This document shows positions 19,607 through 28,521 of a stretch of 64,000 nt of DNA, in pieces. Position 1 is the first letter of the stretch. Every line of letters begins with the position of its first letter. The notes under the pieces were generated by a model. It did not search any database. It was not told the origin of the DNA and saw only the letters and a list, made by a program, of their open reading frames with translations. The stretch lies in the IMG/VR virus record IMGVR_UViG_3300026334_000001, positions 26,053 to 90,052 of that record. One strand, 5' to 3'. The position numbers were made by a program, and so were the translations under genes. This DNA is from a virus.

Positions 19607-20170
19607 TTACTTCTCAAGTTCTTTTCTTTCAGAGATTAAATCTCTATTATTTGCTGATTCCTCATTGAAACCTTTTTCTACTGGGAATCTAATGTAAAGT
19701 TTATCAACTACATTTTGCATAGCTTGTTCTAAATCAACTCTTAGATAATGAGCAACATGACCTACTGAATTAAGATACATTATTAAAGCTTCTTGCTTAT
19801 CTCTTTCTAATATTACTTTTCCATAAGCAAATTGTTTCTTAACAAGATCTGCATAACGACATGCATTTTTACCAACAACTATAACTGCATTACCAATAGT
19901 AGCTCTTTGTGGTTTAGGAAATTCATAATCATCTAAATCCATACCAATATTAGTAGCTTCATTAGCCGCATACCATAAACCATCAGCTAGTTCTTCACCA
20001 ATATTAGGTTTATCAATATTTTCAACTGCATCTACTAATTCTTCCCATTCTGTTACCATACCCAATGCCATATGCAAACTATTAGCTAATTCTGCATCTA
20101 AACATGGAAATTTTTCTTCTAATTTTGGATTAGTTCGTTTTACTTCCTGTTGGAAGACATTTAATTTCAT
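19607..20170 (-). CDS. MazG-like NTP pyrophosphohydrolase
   Basis: HMALGMVTEWEELVD...IGEELADGLWY (ExxE...ExxD) and C-terminal NVVDKLYIRFP. Confidence 0.75.
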   Translation of the reverse strand: MKLNVFQQEVKRTNPKLEEKFPCLDAELANSLHMALGMVTEWEELVDAVENIDKPNIGEELADGLWYAANEATNIGMDLDDYEFPKPQRATIGNAVIVVGKNACRYADLVKKQFAYGKVILERDKQEALIMYLNSVGHVAHYLRVDLEQAMQNVVDKLYIRFPVEKGFNEESANNRDLISERKELEK

Positions 20171-20716
20171 ACAATACCGTTAAAGATTTTAATTAATTGA
20201 TTCTTCCATTTTGTTATCTTCTTTATTTTGCCTTTTTATAACGTAATAGACTTGTTAATAATGAGTATAAATATACTCTTTTTTCTTGAATGTATATCAA
20301 GATAAGTGAAATTAATAGATATTTCATAATTGATTCTATAAAGAGCGTGATAAATCAATAATATCTATTACTGAATGCTATATATCTAACACCAATAACA
20401 CCAAGATTCCTAATATAACTCCTACTAGGAATCCCATAAATACAACACCTAAAATTTCTTTTAGATCTTTTTTCTTCCATTCATTCATAAATAGTTGATT
20501 TTAATTAAGTTACGAAATTTTAATCATTAAAAAACTCACTAAGTTTTAATTTAGTGAGTTTGGCACAAACAAAAGCAGTTAACCCAAATTTGTCAATGAA
20601 AGAAGGTATTACAAAGATACCAAAATCCACCAATTCTCCTATAAGGATTGCATTATTTATTTGCTAGTTTAAAAATCCAAATATATTTCGTATATTTCTA
20701 TCTAAATCTTAAAACT

Positions 20717-20947
20717 ATGTGTAACTGTTGTAATACTAGAGTCAGCAAGATTGATTGTTGCTCTCTAATAGCTGATACTACATTAGCTGTTTTAAAAGTA
20801 TCATCTAATGATGCTTTTTTTACACCTCAATTTTCTACTCCTGTTCTTTTTAGTACTCCTTCTATACCAGTAGTTAATTGTTGCTGTACTCCTAGACATC
20901 ATAATAGACATTCTTCTTTTCTTGAAGCTAAATTTAAACGATGGTAA
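20717..20947 (+). CDS. Small Cys/His-rich protein (76 aa), opposite strand to neighbours
   Basis: ATG at 20717 in an A-rich context; MCNCC...DCC...NCCC...HHNRH; GTATATTTC promoter-like element upstream. Confidence 0.5.
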   Translation: MCNCCNTRVSKIDCCSLIADTTLAVLKVSSNDAFFTPQFSTPVLFSTPSIPVVNCCCTPRHHNRHSSFLEAKFKRW

Positions 20948-20965
20948 CTAGTAGCCAAGCGATTA

Positions 20966-21214
20966 TTAAATCGTTTGGCTATTTATTTTTGTATTAGCTT
21001 CATATTCTGAACCGAAATTACCTAAGAATTTAGTAACACCTTTTACCTTTTTAAACGCTAACCATCTATTACCTTTGATAGGAATTATAAATTTAGATCT
21101 AGGTAATTTAACCTCAATTTCTGATACATTTTCTACAGTATCTTTAATTGCTTCCTCTAATTCTTTAATATATTCACTTCTCTTTTTCAGTCCAAATGCT
21201 TTACCTCTATTCAT
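20966..21214 (-). CDS. Small protein with AP2-like DNA-binding C-terminus
   Basis: RWLAFKKVKGVTKFLGNFGSEYEA matches the AP2-domain pattern (W...LG.F..E.EA). Confidence 0.5.
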   Translation of the reverse strand: MNRGKAFGLKKRSEYIKELEEAIKDTVENVSEIEVKLPRSKFIIPIKGNRWLAFKKVKGVTKFLGNFGSEYEANTKINSQTI

Positions 21215-21443
21215 AACATTAATATCTTAGTTTAGATTAAATACAATTATATTGTACCACCCCTAACTCCTGCATCTAGAGTGTCCGCCTACGGATTATA
21301 TGCCAAAATTGATGCAAAACATTTGTTCCATTGCTAGAAAATATCGATTCTAATGAACTTTTAAAGGTGAAACATATCTTCTGATGGAACGATTTACATG
21401 ATCCAACCATGCTATTTCAAAAGGAGTTTGGAGGGCTTTGGGT

Positions 21444-21585
21444 AAAAGAAAACCCCCTGCAATTTTGGCGAAGCAGGAGGTCAATAACGTAGCACACGTT
21501 GTATTTCTAATATAAAATCTTCTTGGTAAATACTTTACCGTATGCTACTAATAACCAACTGTCGCCAAACAGCCATATGTCATTA
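21444..21585 (-). ncRNA. Putative structured ncRNA/attenuator with loop-loop complementarity
   Basis: TATCTTTA promoter-like element at 21590-21597; hairpin GGCUGU-UUGGCG-ACAGUU; 10-bp stem GUAGCAUACG/CGUGUGCUAC; terminator CCUCCUGC-loop-GCAGGGGG-UUUUCUUUU. 5' end approximate. Confidence 0.55.
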
Positions 21586-21612
21586 GATGTAAAGATACGA
21601 AAATATTTCATA

Positions 21613-22305
21613 TTACCAAACTATTTTTTCTTTTTCCATATTCTCTAACCAGAGATTTGTGTTAATGAAGCAATCATTAGATCTCCATTTACGTTTCTCA
21701 TAGCTACTAGCCGCTGGATGTTCACATTCAATAATATAATTCCCTTGATTTATATACTTTTTATATTCCTTCGCATCATTACCCCATAATAAAAAAGCAA
21801 CTTTTCCTCTTGATGGAAATTTTTTGATTACCTCTATAGTAAACTCCTCCCAACCTTTACCTTCATGTGATTTAGGCTTACTTTTCTCAACTGTTAAAAT
21901 TGTATTAAGTAAAAGAACTCCTTGTTTAGCTAAATATTCTAAACAAGGATTCCTATCTAAATACATACCAAATCCTATCTGATCTTCCATTGCATCATAT
22001 ATTTTATTAATTGATGGATTTAGCACAGGAAATTCTAAACTCTCTTTCATTGAGAAGGCTAATCCATCTGCACTTCCATTATGATATGGATCTTGACCTA
22101 AGATAACAACCTTAACTTCATTAAATGGGGTTAATTTGAATGCTTTAAACATATCTTCTCTTGCAGGAAATACATTTACTTCTTCTCTTCTTCTAGCTAA
22201 GAATTTACCAAGCTTAATCATGTAATCTTTCTCAAATTCCTCTGATAATTGATTATACCATGATTCACCCATTAATTCTATACGTTTTGTTCTCGCATCT
22301 GACAT
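21613..22305 (-). CDS. ung: Uracil-DNA glycosylase (family 1)
   Basis: VILGQDPYH, GLAFS, GVLLLNT, LLWG and HPAA motifs. Confidence 0.95.
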   Translation of the reverse strand: MSDARTKRIELMGESWYNQLSEEFEKDYMIKLGKFLARRREEVNVFPAREDMFKAFKLTPFNEVKVVILGQDPYHNGSADGLAFSMKESLEFPVLNPSINKIYDAMEDQIGFGMYLDRNPCLEYLAKQGVLLLNTILTVEKSKPKSHEGKGWEEFTIEVIKKFPSRGKVAFLLWGNDAKEYKKYINQGNYIIECEHPAASSYEKRKWRSNDCFINTNLWLENMEKEKIVW

Positions 22306-22898
22306 ACACCTATTTTTACAAGAAATGGATAAATTTTAGCTATTAAATCTTCTTCTGTACCATCATTAACTACTTCATAATCCCATTCCTTATAGGAAGA
22401 TAAGCCTGTTTCTGATGCATGATTTTTCTGATCACCAAATATTGTAATCTCTTGATGTTCAGGTCTAGTTATCTTAATTAGATATCCTCCAGCCATCTTT
22501 ACAAATCCAGCTTCATTTTCAAATCTAGTATCAGTAATGATCCAATTTCTATGAGATTGATATTTACCTAATAAAGCATAACACCAAACATTCTCATTGA
22601 TGTTTCTACCTACTTCAGTTCCCATCTTTTGCATAAACTCTCTAATTGTCATATTCAAATTAGGAATCATTGCATTATAATACTCTCTATCATAGAAATG
22701 CTCTATTGGAAGACCAGTTATAATACTACATACATGCTTGAGAGGATCGGCAAATTTCTTTACCTGAAATGCTACAAAAGATTTAATACCTATCTTATTC
22801 TTAGTAGATATAATATTATCTTTCTTTTGTAAATCTATAATTATATTAGCTAAAGTGTCCTTGCCACTTCCTGCTACCCCTGAAATCGCTAGTATCAT
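22278..22898 (-). CDS. Deoxynucleoside monophosphate kinase
   Basis: GVAGSGKDT, FADPLK, REFMQKMGTE, ITDTRFENE and HASE motifs. Confidence 0.9.
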   Translation of the reverse strand: MILAISGVAGSGKDTLANIIIDLQKKDNIISTKNKIGIKSFVAFQVKKFADPLKHVCSIITGLPIEHFYDREYYNAMIPNLNMTIREFMQKMGTEVGRNINENVWCYALLGKYQSHRNWIITDTRFENEAGFVKMAGGYLIKITRPEHQEITIFGDQKNHASETGLSSYKEWDYEVVNDGTEEDLIAKIYPFLVKIGVCQMREQNV

Positions 22899-23051
22899 TT
22901 ATAATTTATCAATTAATTTACCAATAATATTACTAACTCTATTACTCCAACCTAATACATCAAGAAGCATAGCTGGTACAACTGTAATACAAGCAAAACC
23001 TAAAAAGGTTATACTTATAAGTACTAATATGAAAATACCAACTCTTCTCAT
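22899..23051 (-). CDS. Small membrane protein (50 aa; not in ORF track)
   Basis: MRRVGIFILVLISITFLGFACITVVPAMLLDVLG...; fills the gap exactly, overlapping the upstream stop and abutting the downstream start. Confidence 0.55.
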   Translation of the reverse strand: MRRVGIFILVLISITFLGFACITVVPAMLLDVLGWSNRVSNIIGKLIDKL

Positions 23052-23422
23052 GACTTAGATATTTTTAACCAATGTTCTAACTTCACATAGACTTTATCTT
23101 CTCCTACCGAATCCAAATACATTATCTGACCTTGCTTAAGAGCATTTACAGCAAGTATCTTATAAGTATTGTATTTTGTTTCAAATTGTATTCCATCTAC
23201 AACTCTAACAAGTACTAGGGGAATTGACCATGCATTTAATTTACGATAAACGTTATTTTCATCTTCTAATTTTTCATATACCAAGAAAGGAGCATTATTT
23301 CGCTCCTTCTCGTATACTTGACCTATCTTTCTAACTCTCTCATCTTGAAGATGTAAAGTAACCTTACCATTGATTATAACATACTTATTGCCATAATCAT
23401 CTCTAAGGGTTTTGTTGATCAT
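23048..23422 (-). CDS. Hypothetical protein
   Basis: 124-aa ORF overlapping its neighbours in the operon. Confidence 0.6.
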   Translation of the reverse strand: MINKTLRDDYGNKYVIINGKVTLHLQDERVRKIGQVYEKERNNAPFLVYEKLEDENNVYRKLNAWSIPLVLVRVVDGIQFETKYNTYKILAVNALKQGQIMYLDSVGEDKVYVKLEHWLKISKS

Positions 23423-23693
23423 CTTGTTTTGGTACTAATGATATAACTTGAACTTCTGTGACAGTAGGATCATTTATTGGAAATGATCTTATAATAATAG
23501 GAAAATTAACAGAATAATCTTCTAATCCAGCTTGTATTGTTTTAACAACTATATGATCTGTATCTTCTATTGCTATTTTTTCTTTAATAGCCTCTTGAAA
23601 AGATTCTACTAAATTCTCTTTAACTTCTACAATAGCTTGCATATGACGTTCTATTGTAACTATTTCAGTATATTTAATTATAAAGTCTGCCAT
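23403..23693 (-). CDS. Hypothetical protein
   Basis: 96-aa ORF in a tightly packed operon. Confidence 0.55.
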   Translation of the reverse strand: MADFIIKYTEIVTIERHMQAIVEVKENLVESFQEAIKEKIAIEDTDHIVVKTIQAGLEDYSVNFPIIIRSFPINDPTVTEVQVISLVPKQDDQQNP

Positions 23694-24697
23694 TTTTCTA
23701 AATTTAAAACCATATTACCATATAAATGTTCTTCATAAGACATATTCCAAAGATTATTATCTATATGATATTGAATTCTATTTAATAGACTTACAATTTC
23801 ATGATAACCTTCTTCTATAACCTTTTCTTCTATCTCCCAAACAACACATTGATATAAACCAAATGTTTCTACAACTACATTTTTATAAATAAATTTGTAT
23901 TGATAAGCATCTAGAATATCATTTTGTGATAAAAATTCTGAAACAGCTCTTTTATAGAATGCTAGTTGTCTATGATATCTCCAAAACTTAATAGTTTCTG
24001 GAAATAGATATGCTGATTTTGATGTAGTCTTAATATCAGTTATTGTAATAGTCTTATCTTCTAAATCTATTTCAACATCATCAAATTTAGCTTTACATTT
24101 TAATCCCATCCATTCAAAGAATACTACTTGTTCTTTATAGTATAGTTTATCAGAGAAATCATCTTTCCAGAATAATAGTTTATTAGCTGCATCATTAGCT
24201 TTAATAGAAGCAGTACATTTTTCTACTGTTTCTTTAACTGCTTTAGTTAAGAACTGCTTTCCACTATTAGCTATGTCTAAAGCTTCAATAACATAAGGAA
24301 CTATCTTAGGACAAGCATTTTTCATAACTGCTTCATCTCCCCACTTAGCATTCCAACCTACAGTTCTACAAACTTGTAAAGTTAATAAATCTAAATCATA
24401 AGGCTCAGAAACTAAACCTTCTGTAATAGACTTAACTAGAATATCTGCAATTTGACCAAGTGTTTCTGCGGGTTTATCTATTTCTGCAACTATAAATGCA
24501 TCTGGATTTTCTGCCCAAAGATGTATTGCTGAACCTTGTATTAATGATCTATTTTCTTTTTCTTCTTTATTATCATTAAAGAACTCCAAAAATTTTAACG
24601 GGGAGCCACCCTGCAAAGAATTTATATGTGATAAACTAGAATTAGAAACTACAATATCATCTGCTGTACCTACTTTATAATAATCTTGATCTTTCAT
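23678..24697 (-). CDS. PD-(D/E)XK exonuclease (RecE/exonuclease VIII-like)
   Basis: VSNSSL, GSAIH, EQ...KAKFD...DIKTT and YHRQLAFY motifs. Confidence 0.85.
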   Translation of the reverse strand: MKDQDYYKVGTADDIVVSNSSLSHINSLQGGSPLKFLEFFNDNKEEKENRSLIQGSAIHLWAENPDAFIVAEIDKPAETLGQIADILVKSITEGLVSEPYDLDLLTLQVCRTVGWNAKWGDEAVMKNACPKIVPYVIEALDIANSGKQFLTKAVKETVEKCTASIKANDAANKLLFWKDDFSDKLYYKEQVVFFEWMGLKCKAKFDDVEIDLEDKTITITDIKTTSKSAYLFPETIKFWRYHRQLAFYKRAVSEFLSQNDILDAYQYKFIYKNVVVETFGLYQCVVWEIEEKVIEEGYHEIVSLLNRIQYHIDNNLWNMSYEEHLYGNMVLNLEKWQTL

Positions 24698-24699
24698 TA

Positions 24700-25011
24700 T
24701 TACTTTTGATTAGTTCCTTCTACATTTCTTTTCTTACGATCAGATGTTCTTTTTTCTAACCACATCAGAGATTCTTCTAATTTAGTTATCACAATAGCGT
24801 TTTCTCTACATGGAAATTTACCTTGAAGATACTGCATTCTATTAATTAGCATTTCTAATATTTCTTCATTTGTAGTACCATCGTTAACTGTTACTAATTC
24901 TGTAGAACCTTCTTCTACAGGTACTTTATGAATGAAACTAATCACTTGAGAACTTTCTTTATTCTCAAAATTACTTACTGAATATTGGTGACCTGTTACT
25001 AACTCTTTCAT
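24700..25011 (-). CDS. tad1: Tad1-like (Thoeris anti-defence 1) immune-signal sponge
   Basis: GTTNEEILEMLINRM...FPCRENAIVITKLEESLMWLEKRTSDRKKRNVEGT mirrors the Tad1 C-terminal signature (REN...EE.LMW..R..DR..R.V.GT). Confidence 0.8.
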   Translation of the reverse strand: MKELVTGHQYSVSNFENKESSQVISFIHKVPVEEGSTELVTVNDGTTNEEILEMLINRMQYLQGKFPCRENAIVITKLEESLMWLEKRTSDRKKRNVEGTNQK

Positions 25012-25012
25012 A

Positions 25013-25189
25013 TTAATGTATCCAATTTTGAATTAATGTATAATTTGTATCTGGGAAATCTTTAGTAGTAGATAATATAGGTACTATTTTAATGCCTTTA
25101 TTATCTTTAAGTTTAACATGAGTTGGACCTACTAATTCAACTATCTCGTATTGAGTTCCTCTATAATAAACTAATTCTCCAATTTCCAT
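25013..25189 (-). CDS. Small hypothetical protein (58 aa; not in ORF track)
   Basis: MEIGELVYYRGTQYEIVELVGP...; fills the gap between thyX and tad1. Confidence 0.5.
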   Translation of the reverse strand: MEIGELVYYRGTQYEIVELVGPTHVKLKDNKGIKIVPILSTTKDFPDTNYTLIQNWIH

Positions 25190-26127
25190 TCTTTTTTAAT
25201 TACTCGTGAATCCTTTTTGTTTTCTCCATCTAACATTTTGCGATAGGGAATAAACCCTTTTATATTACCGCACCATCCACGATCTTCTACAATTAATCCA
25301 TTTTTGGGTTTAGTATGAGAATATGCTATTAATTCATCTGATCTCATGCATCTACACGTATGTTCAAAAGGACTGAAATGACCAGACATTAATAATCTAT
25401 CATGTAATTTAATATCATTAAGATAGTTATCTGATTTTCCCTCTTCTCCAACAATAGTATAACTAATTCTTGCACATCGAGAAACTGAAATCTTAATTCT
25501 AAGATTATTAATATGTTCTATAATATCAGTATTACTATAAGGAACTTCTCTTAATAATTTATCCATATCTATACCATCTCCGAATGGAATATGGTATTCT
25601 CCTTCTTTTAATGATTTAGGAGTTGAATTATTATACTCTTCCATCATAACTCTAGCTAATTCTGCTATATGAATTTCAGCTGCTTCATGATTACGCAAAG
25701 CAAAGAAATTCTCAAATTCTGATGCAGTTATAATAGCTGTATGCCACATGAATGGTTCTAATAAACGATTACATATCTGCTTTGTTACTCCCAATTCAGA
25801 TAATTTAACAGCACAATCAACTGCTTCATCTCTAGCACCTAACCATTCAAGAACCAATAAATCTATCTCTTTTTGATCTTCTACATATTCAGTTCCTTGC
25901 ATTCCTTTATGATCCTTCATCCATCGTATAGGAATGAAAGGATTATTTTCTACAGCTTCTATCATCCTTTCAAATGGTATAGCTCTGCTAGATGCTGAAT
26001 TTCTACTTAATACCCTGTGAGTGTTCAGCTCCGCCAAGATTATACGCGGAAACGTCACTACAAAGGTTGTTAATCTGTGATTTGCTGGCGATAAACTATC
26101 TGCCACGATTTTAGCTTCTATTTTCAT
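25171..26127 (-). CDS. thyX: Flavin-dependent thymidylate synthase
   Basis: AELNTHRVLSRNSASSRAIP, KQICNRLLEPF, CARISY and GHFSPFEH motifs. Confidence 0.9.
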   Translation of the reverse strand: MKIEAKIVADSLSPANHRLTTFVVTFPRIILAELNTHRVLSRNSASSRAIPFERMIEAVENNPFIPIRWMKDHKGMQGTEYVEDQKEIDLLVLEWLGARDEAVDCAVKLSELGVTKQICNRLLEPFMWHTAIITASEFENFFALRNHEAAEIHIAELARVMMEEYNNSTPKSLKEGEYHIPFGDGIDMDKLLREVPYSNTDIIEHINNLRIKISVSRCARISYTIVGEEGKSDNYLNDIKLHDRLLMSGHFSPFEHTCRCMRSDELIAYSHTKPKNGLIVEDRGWCGNIKGFIPYRKMLDGENKKDSRVIKKEWKLEN

Positions 26128-26618
26128 TGTGCTTTAATTTGTGCTTCTGTTAACCAACCATACTCTCTTCCAGTATTATCTTTAATAGCATACATATTAA
26201 CACCTTCTTTTGGATCTTTCTGCATATTAGATATTTTTCCTCTTATTCCAACAAGATTAATAGGTAATCCCATACCATCAGTACTATAAATAGGATTTGA
26301 ATTAACTACTACTACATTATCACCTGTTGAAAATAATGAAATAGTAACATCTTGTATATTACCACCCCCATTTCTAAAACTAGAAATAATTGATCTTCTA
26401 AAATTTTCTAAAATATCTCTTGCTTGATCTTTACTAAATGGAACTGATGGTTTTTGTGTTTTATTAAATACATTATTTAATCTAATAACATCATGTAAAG
26501 AAAACACTTCTGAATGTTGATTAGTTAAATTAGCATCAACTATAGTAGTGTTTATTTGACCTCCATTATCAACAAATAATAACCAATTATACTTTACTAT
26601 TTCATTCTGATTTTCCAT
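26124..26618 (-). CDS. Hypothetical protein
   Basis: 164-aa ORF overlapping its neighbours. Confidence 0.6.
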   Translation of the reverse strand: MENQNEIVKYNWLLFVDNGGQINTTIVDANLTNQHSEVFSLHDVIRLNNVFNKTQKPSVPFSKDQARDILENFRRSIISSFRNGGGNIQDVTISLFSTGDNVVVVNSNPIYSTDGMGLPINLVGIRGKISNMQKDPKEGVNMYAIKDNTGREYGWLTEAQIKAQ

Positions 26619-27303
26619 AATGTTTACTTGTTTTAATACAATCTCTTTCGTCTGTGTAAATTTTAAATACTAACTTTCTATCTTCTGAATTTTCAATTGG
26701 ATAGAATAATGCAACTGGAGGTTGAGTTATGTATTTTCTATGATCATCTGGAATAATACGCTTACTTTTATATTTGATAGTTTTAGTTTCCTTATCTATA
26801 TAAGGACTACCTTGAAGAACATCAGGAAAGCATTTAAGTATCATAAGATATCTATTATCTATATCCCATTGTATATTCTTCCTTTTCTTTTCATCATAAA
26901 ATTCATCATAGAATGTATCATATGCTTCACAAAGAATTCTAATTGGAAAATTTGTAATTGGATCTAATTTCTCTACCTCTGGAATTAACTGTGCTTTTAT
27001 TGCACCTATGATCTTACTACGATCATAATCAGTTAATGTTAATTGATGTAATTCTTGACCATTAATTACTTTCCATCTAGGAGTACCAGCTGATTTAGGA
27101 TTTTTAACTACTTTTTCTTGTGTATCTATTTCAGTTAAAACATCATTCTTCCACTCATAATCAACTCCTATCTTTTCACTATACTTTAAAGGAAGTTTTT
27201 CTCCTTTTTTATAATGATTAGCTCTTCTTTTCTCTGCTACTTTAACTGCTCTTATGTATTGATGAATAGTTACTGTAGCTATTAAATTTTTATCTACCGA
27301 CAT
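26602..27303 (-). CDS. RusA-like Holliday junction resolvase
   Basis: WDIDN...LKCFPDVL...IIPDD fits the RusA DxDN...K...D...DD pattern. Confidence 0.65.
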   Translation of the reverse strand: MSVDKNLIATVTIHQYIRAVKVAEKRRANHYKKGEKLPLKYSEKIGVDYEWKNDVLTEIDTQEKVVKNPKSAGTPRWKVINGQELHQLTLTDYDRSKIIGAIKAQLIPEVEKLDPITNFPIRILCEAYDTFYDEFYDEKKRKNIQWDIDNRYLMILKCFPDVLQGSPYIDKETKTIKYKSKRIIPDDHRKYITQPPVALFYPIENSEDRKLVFKIYTDERDCIKTSKHYGKSE

Positions 27304-27490
27304 ACTTCTTGACTAAATCAAAATTATCTAAAAAAGCTTCAATATTAGCATATTCTTTAATATGCTCTTTTCTTGAAGCTTCTCTTATTTTAATCTTACC
27401 TTCTACAGTTTTCATTTGTAGATCATAAAATACTTTATTATAGTAACCAGATACATTTTCTGATATACATCTTGCTCTTACTAGAATCAT
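27290..27490 (-). CDS. Hypothetical protein
   Basis: 66-aa ORF overlapping its neighbours. Confidence 0.55.
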   Translation of the reverse strand: MILVRARCISENVSGYYNKVFYDLQMKTVEGKIKIREASRKEHIKEYANIEAFLDNFDLVKKYVGR

Positions 27491-28476
27491 ACTAACTCGT
27501 ATTTTGCTTCTTCTATTAAATCTAACATATATTGCAGACCATAGTGCTTGCAGTGATCTGTAAAATCCTTTGGTTCTGACTGCCTTCTAAATAAACCATT
27601 TGATTCAAATAGCAAAGGTTTAGTACCATACGTTTTTCTCATTATTTGAGCCATTCTCATTCCAGCTCTATCTCTATCAAATAGCGAAAAAACATTAAAA
27701 AATCTATTCTCTAAGCCACAATACTCCTTCTCTCCTATAAGGATTGACTCTGCTGCTGGAGCAAGTGATGGTATTTCAAATCCATCAAGAGCCATCACAT
27801 CTTTATATGACTTAGTTATTAGAAGACTCTCTCCTTCTTCTGGTAATTGATCCCATCCTTCTAAAATATCTCCAGTTGCTTGAATGAATTTAAAGAACTT
27901 CCTTTTTGGAAAATATAATTTATATCTGTACTCTCCAAAATGGTATGCATAACCAGGATCTTTTTCTACATAATTATAGCTAAGATTACCATTTATCCAT
28001 GCCATATCTAAAGGATACACATTAAATTTAGCTAAAGCAGCTTCACTTACAAAATTATCTCTCCAAAACTTAATATCTGCTTTTGACCATCCTCTACGTT
28101 TAATACGTATTTCTGTATTCTTCCTAACTCTTTTATGAACTTCTTCTAGGAAAGAAAGTGGTTTGTAGTCAATATTTGTTCTTGATAACTGAAAGTCATT
28201 AGCTATGATTTCTAATGCTTTAAAGAAGTTAACTCCAAATAATCTCTGCACTACATTGAAGCAATCTATATTATCTCCTCTTGCAAAATCTTTAAATTTA
28301 AGAAGACCTCTTGAATCAAAATAGAATCTGCAATCTGCATGATTATCTGACCTCAAAGGATTACGAAAATAATCATGAGTATTAGGAAATAACCCCAAAT
28401 ACTTAAAGAATATATCTTCTTGGGAAATCCTATTTAATATAAACTCTCTTGTAATATCTTCTTTATATTCAAACAT
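27487..28476 (-). CDS. DNA primase (DnaG-like, TOPRIM)
   Basis: NPLRSDNHADC...FKDF N-terminal domain; ITKSYKDVMAL, FDRDRAG and KDFTD motifs. Confidence 0.85.
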   Translation of the reverse strand: MFEYKEDITREFILNRISQEDIFFKYLGLFPNTHDYFRNPLRSDNHADCRFYFDSRGLLKFKDFARGDNIDCFNVVQRLFGVNFFKALEIIANDFQLSRTNIDYKPLSFLEEVHKRVRKNTEIRIKRRGWSKADIKFWRDNFVSEAALAKFNVYPLDMAWINGNLSYNYVEKDPGYAYHFGEYRYKLYFPKRKFFKFIQATGDILEGWDQLPEEGESLLITKSYKDVMALDGFEIPSLAPAAESILIGEKEYCGLENRFFNVFSLFDRDRAGMRMAQIMRKTYGTKPLLFESNGLFRRQSEPKDFTDHCKHYGLQYMLDLIEEAKYELV

Positions 28477-28493
28477 TTATTAGAAATTAAAAA

Positions 28494-28512
28494 GGGGAGC
28501 TATTAACTCCCC
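28494..28512 (-). terminator. Intrinsic terminator
   Basis: GGGGAG-ctattaa-CTCCCC with adjacent A-run (U-tract on the minus strand); near-identical copy at 45881-45903. Confidence 0.75.
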
Positions 28513-28521
28513 TTTATTAGA

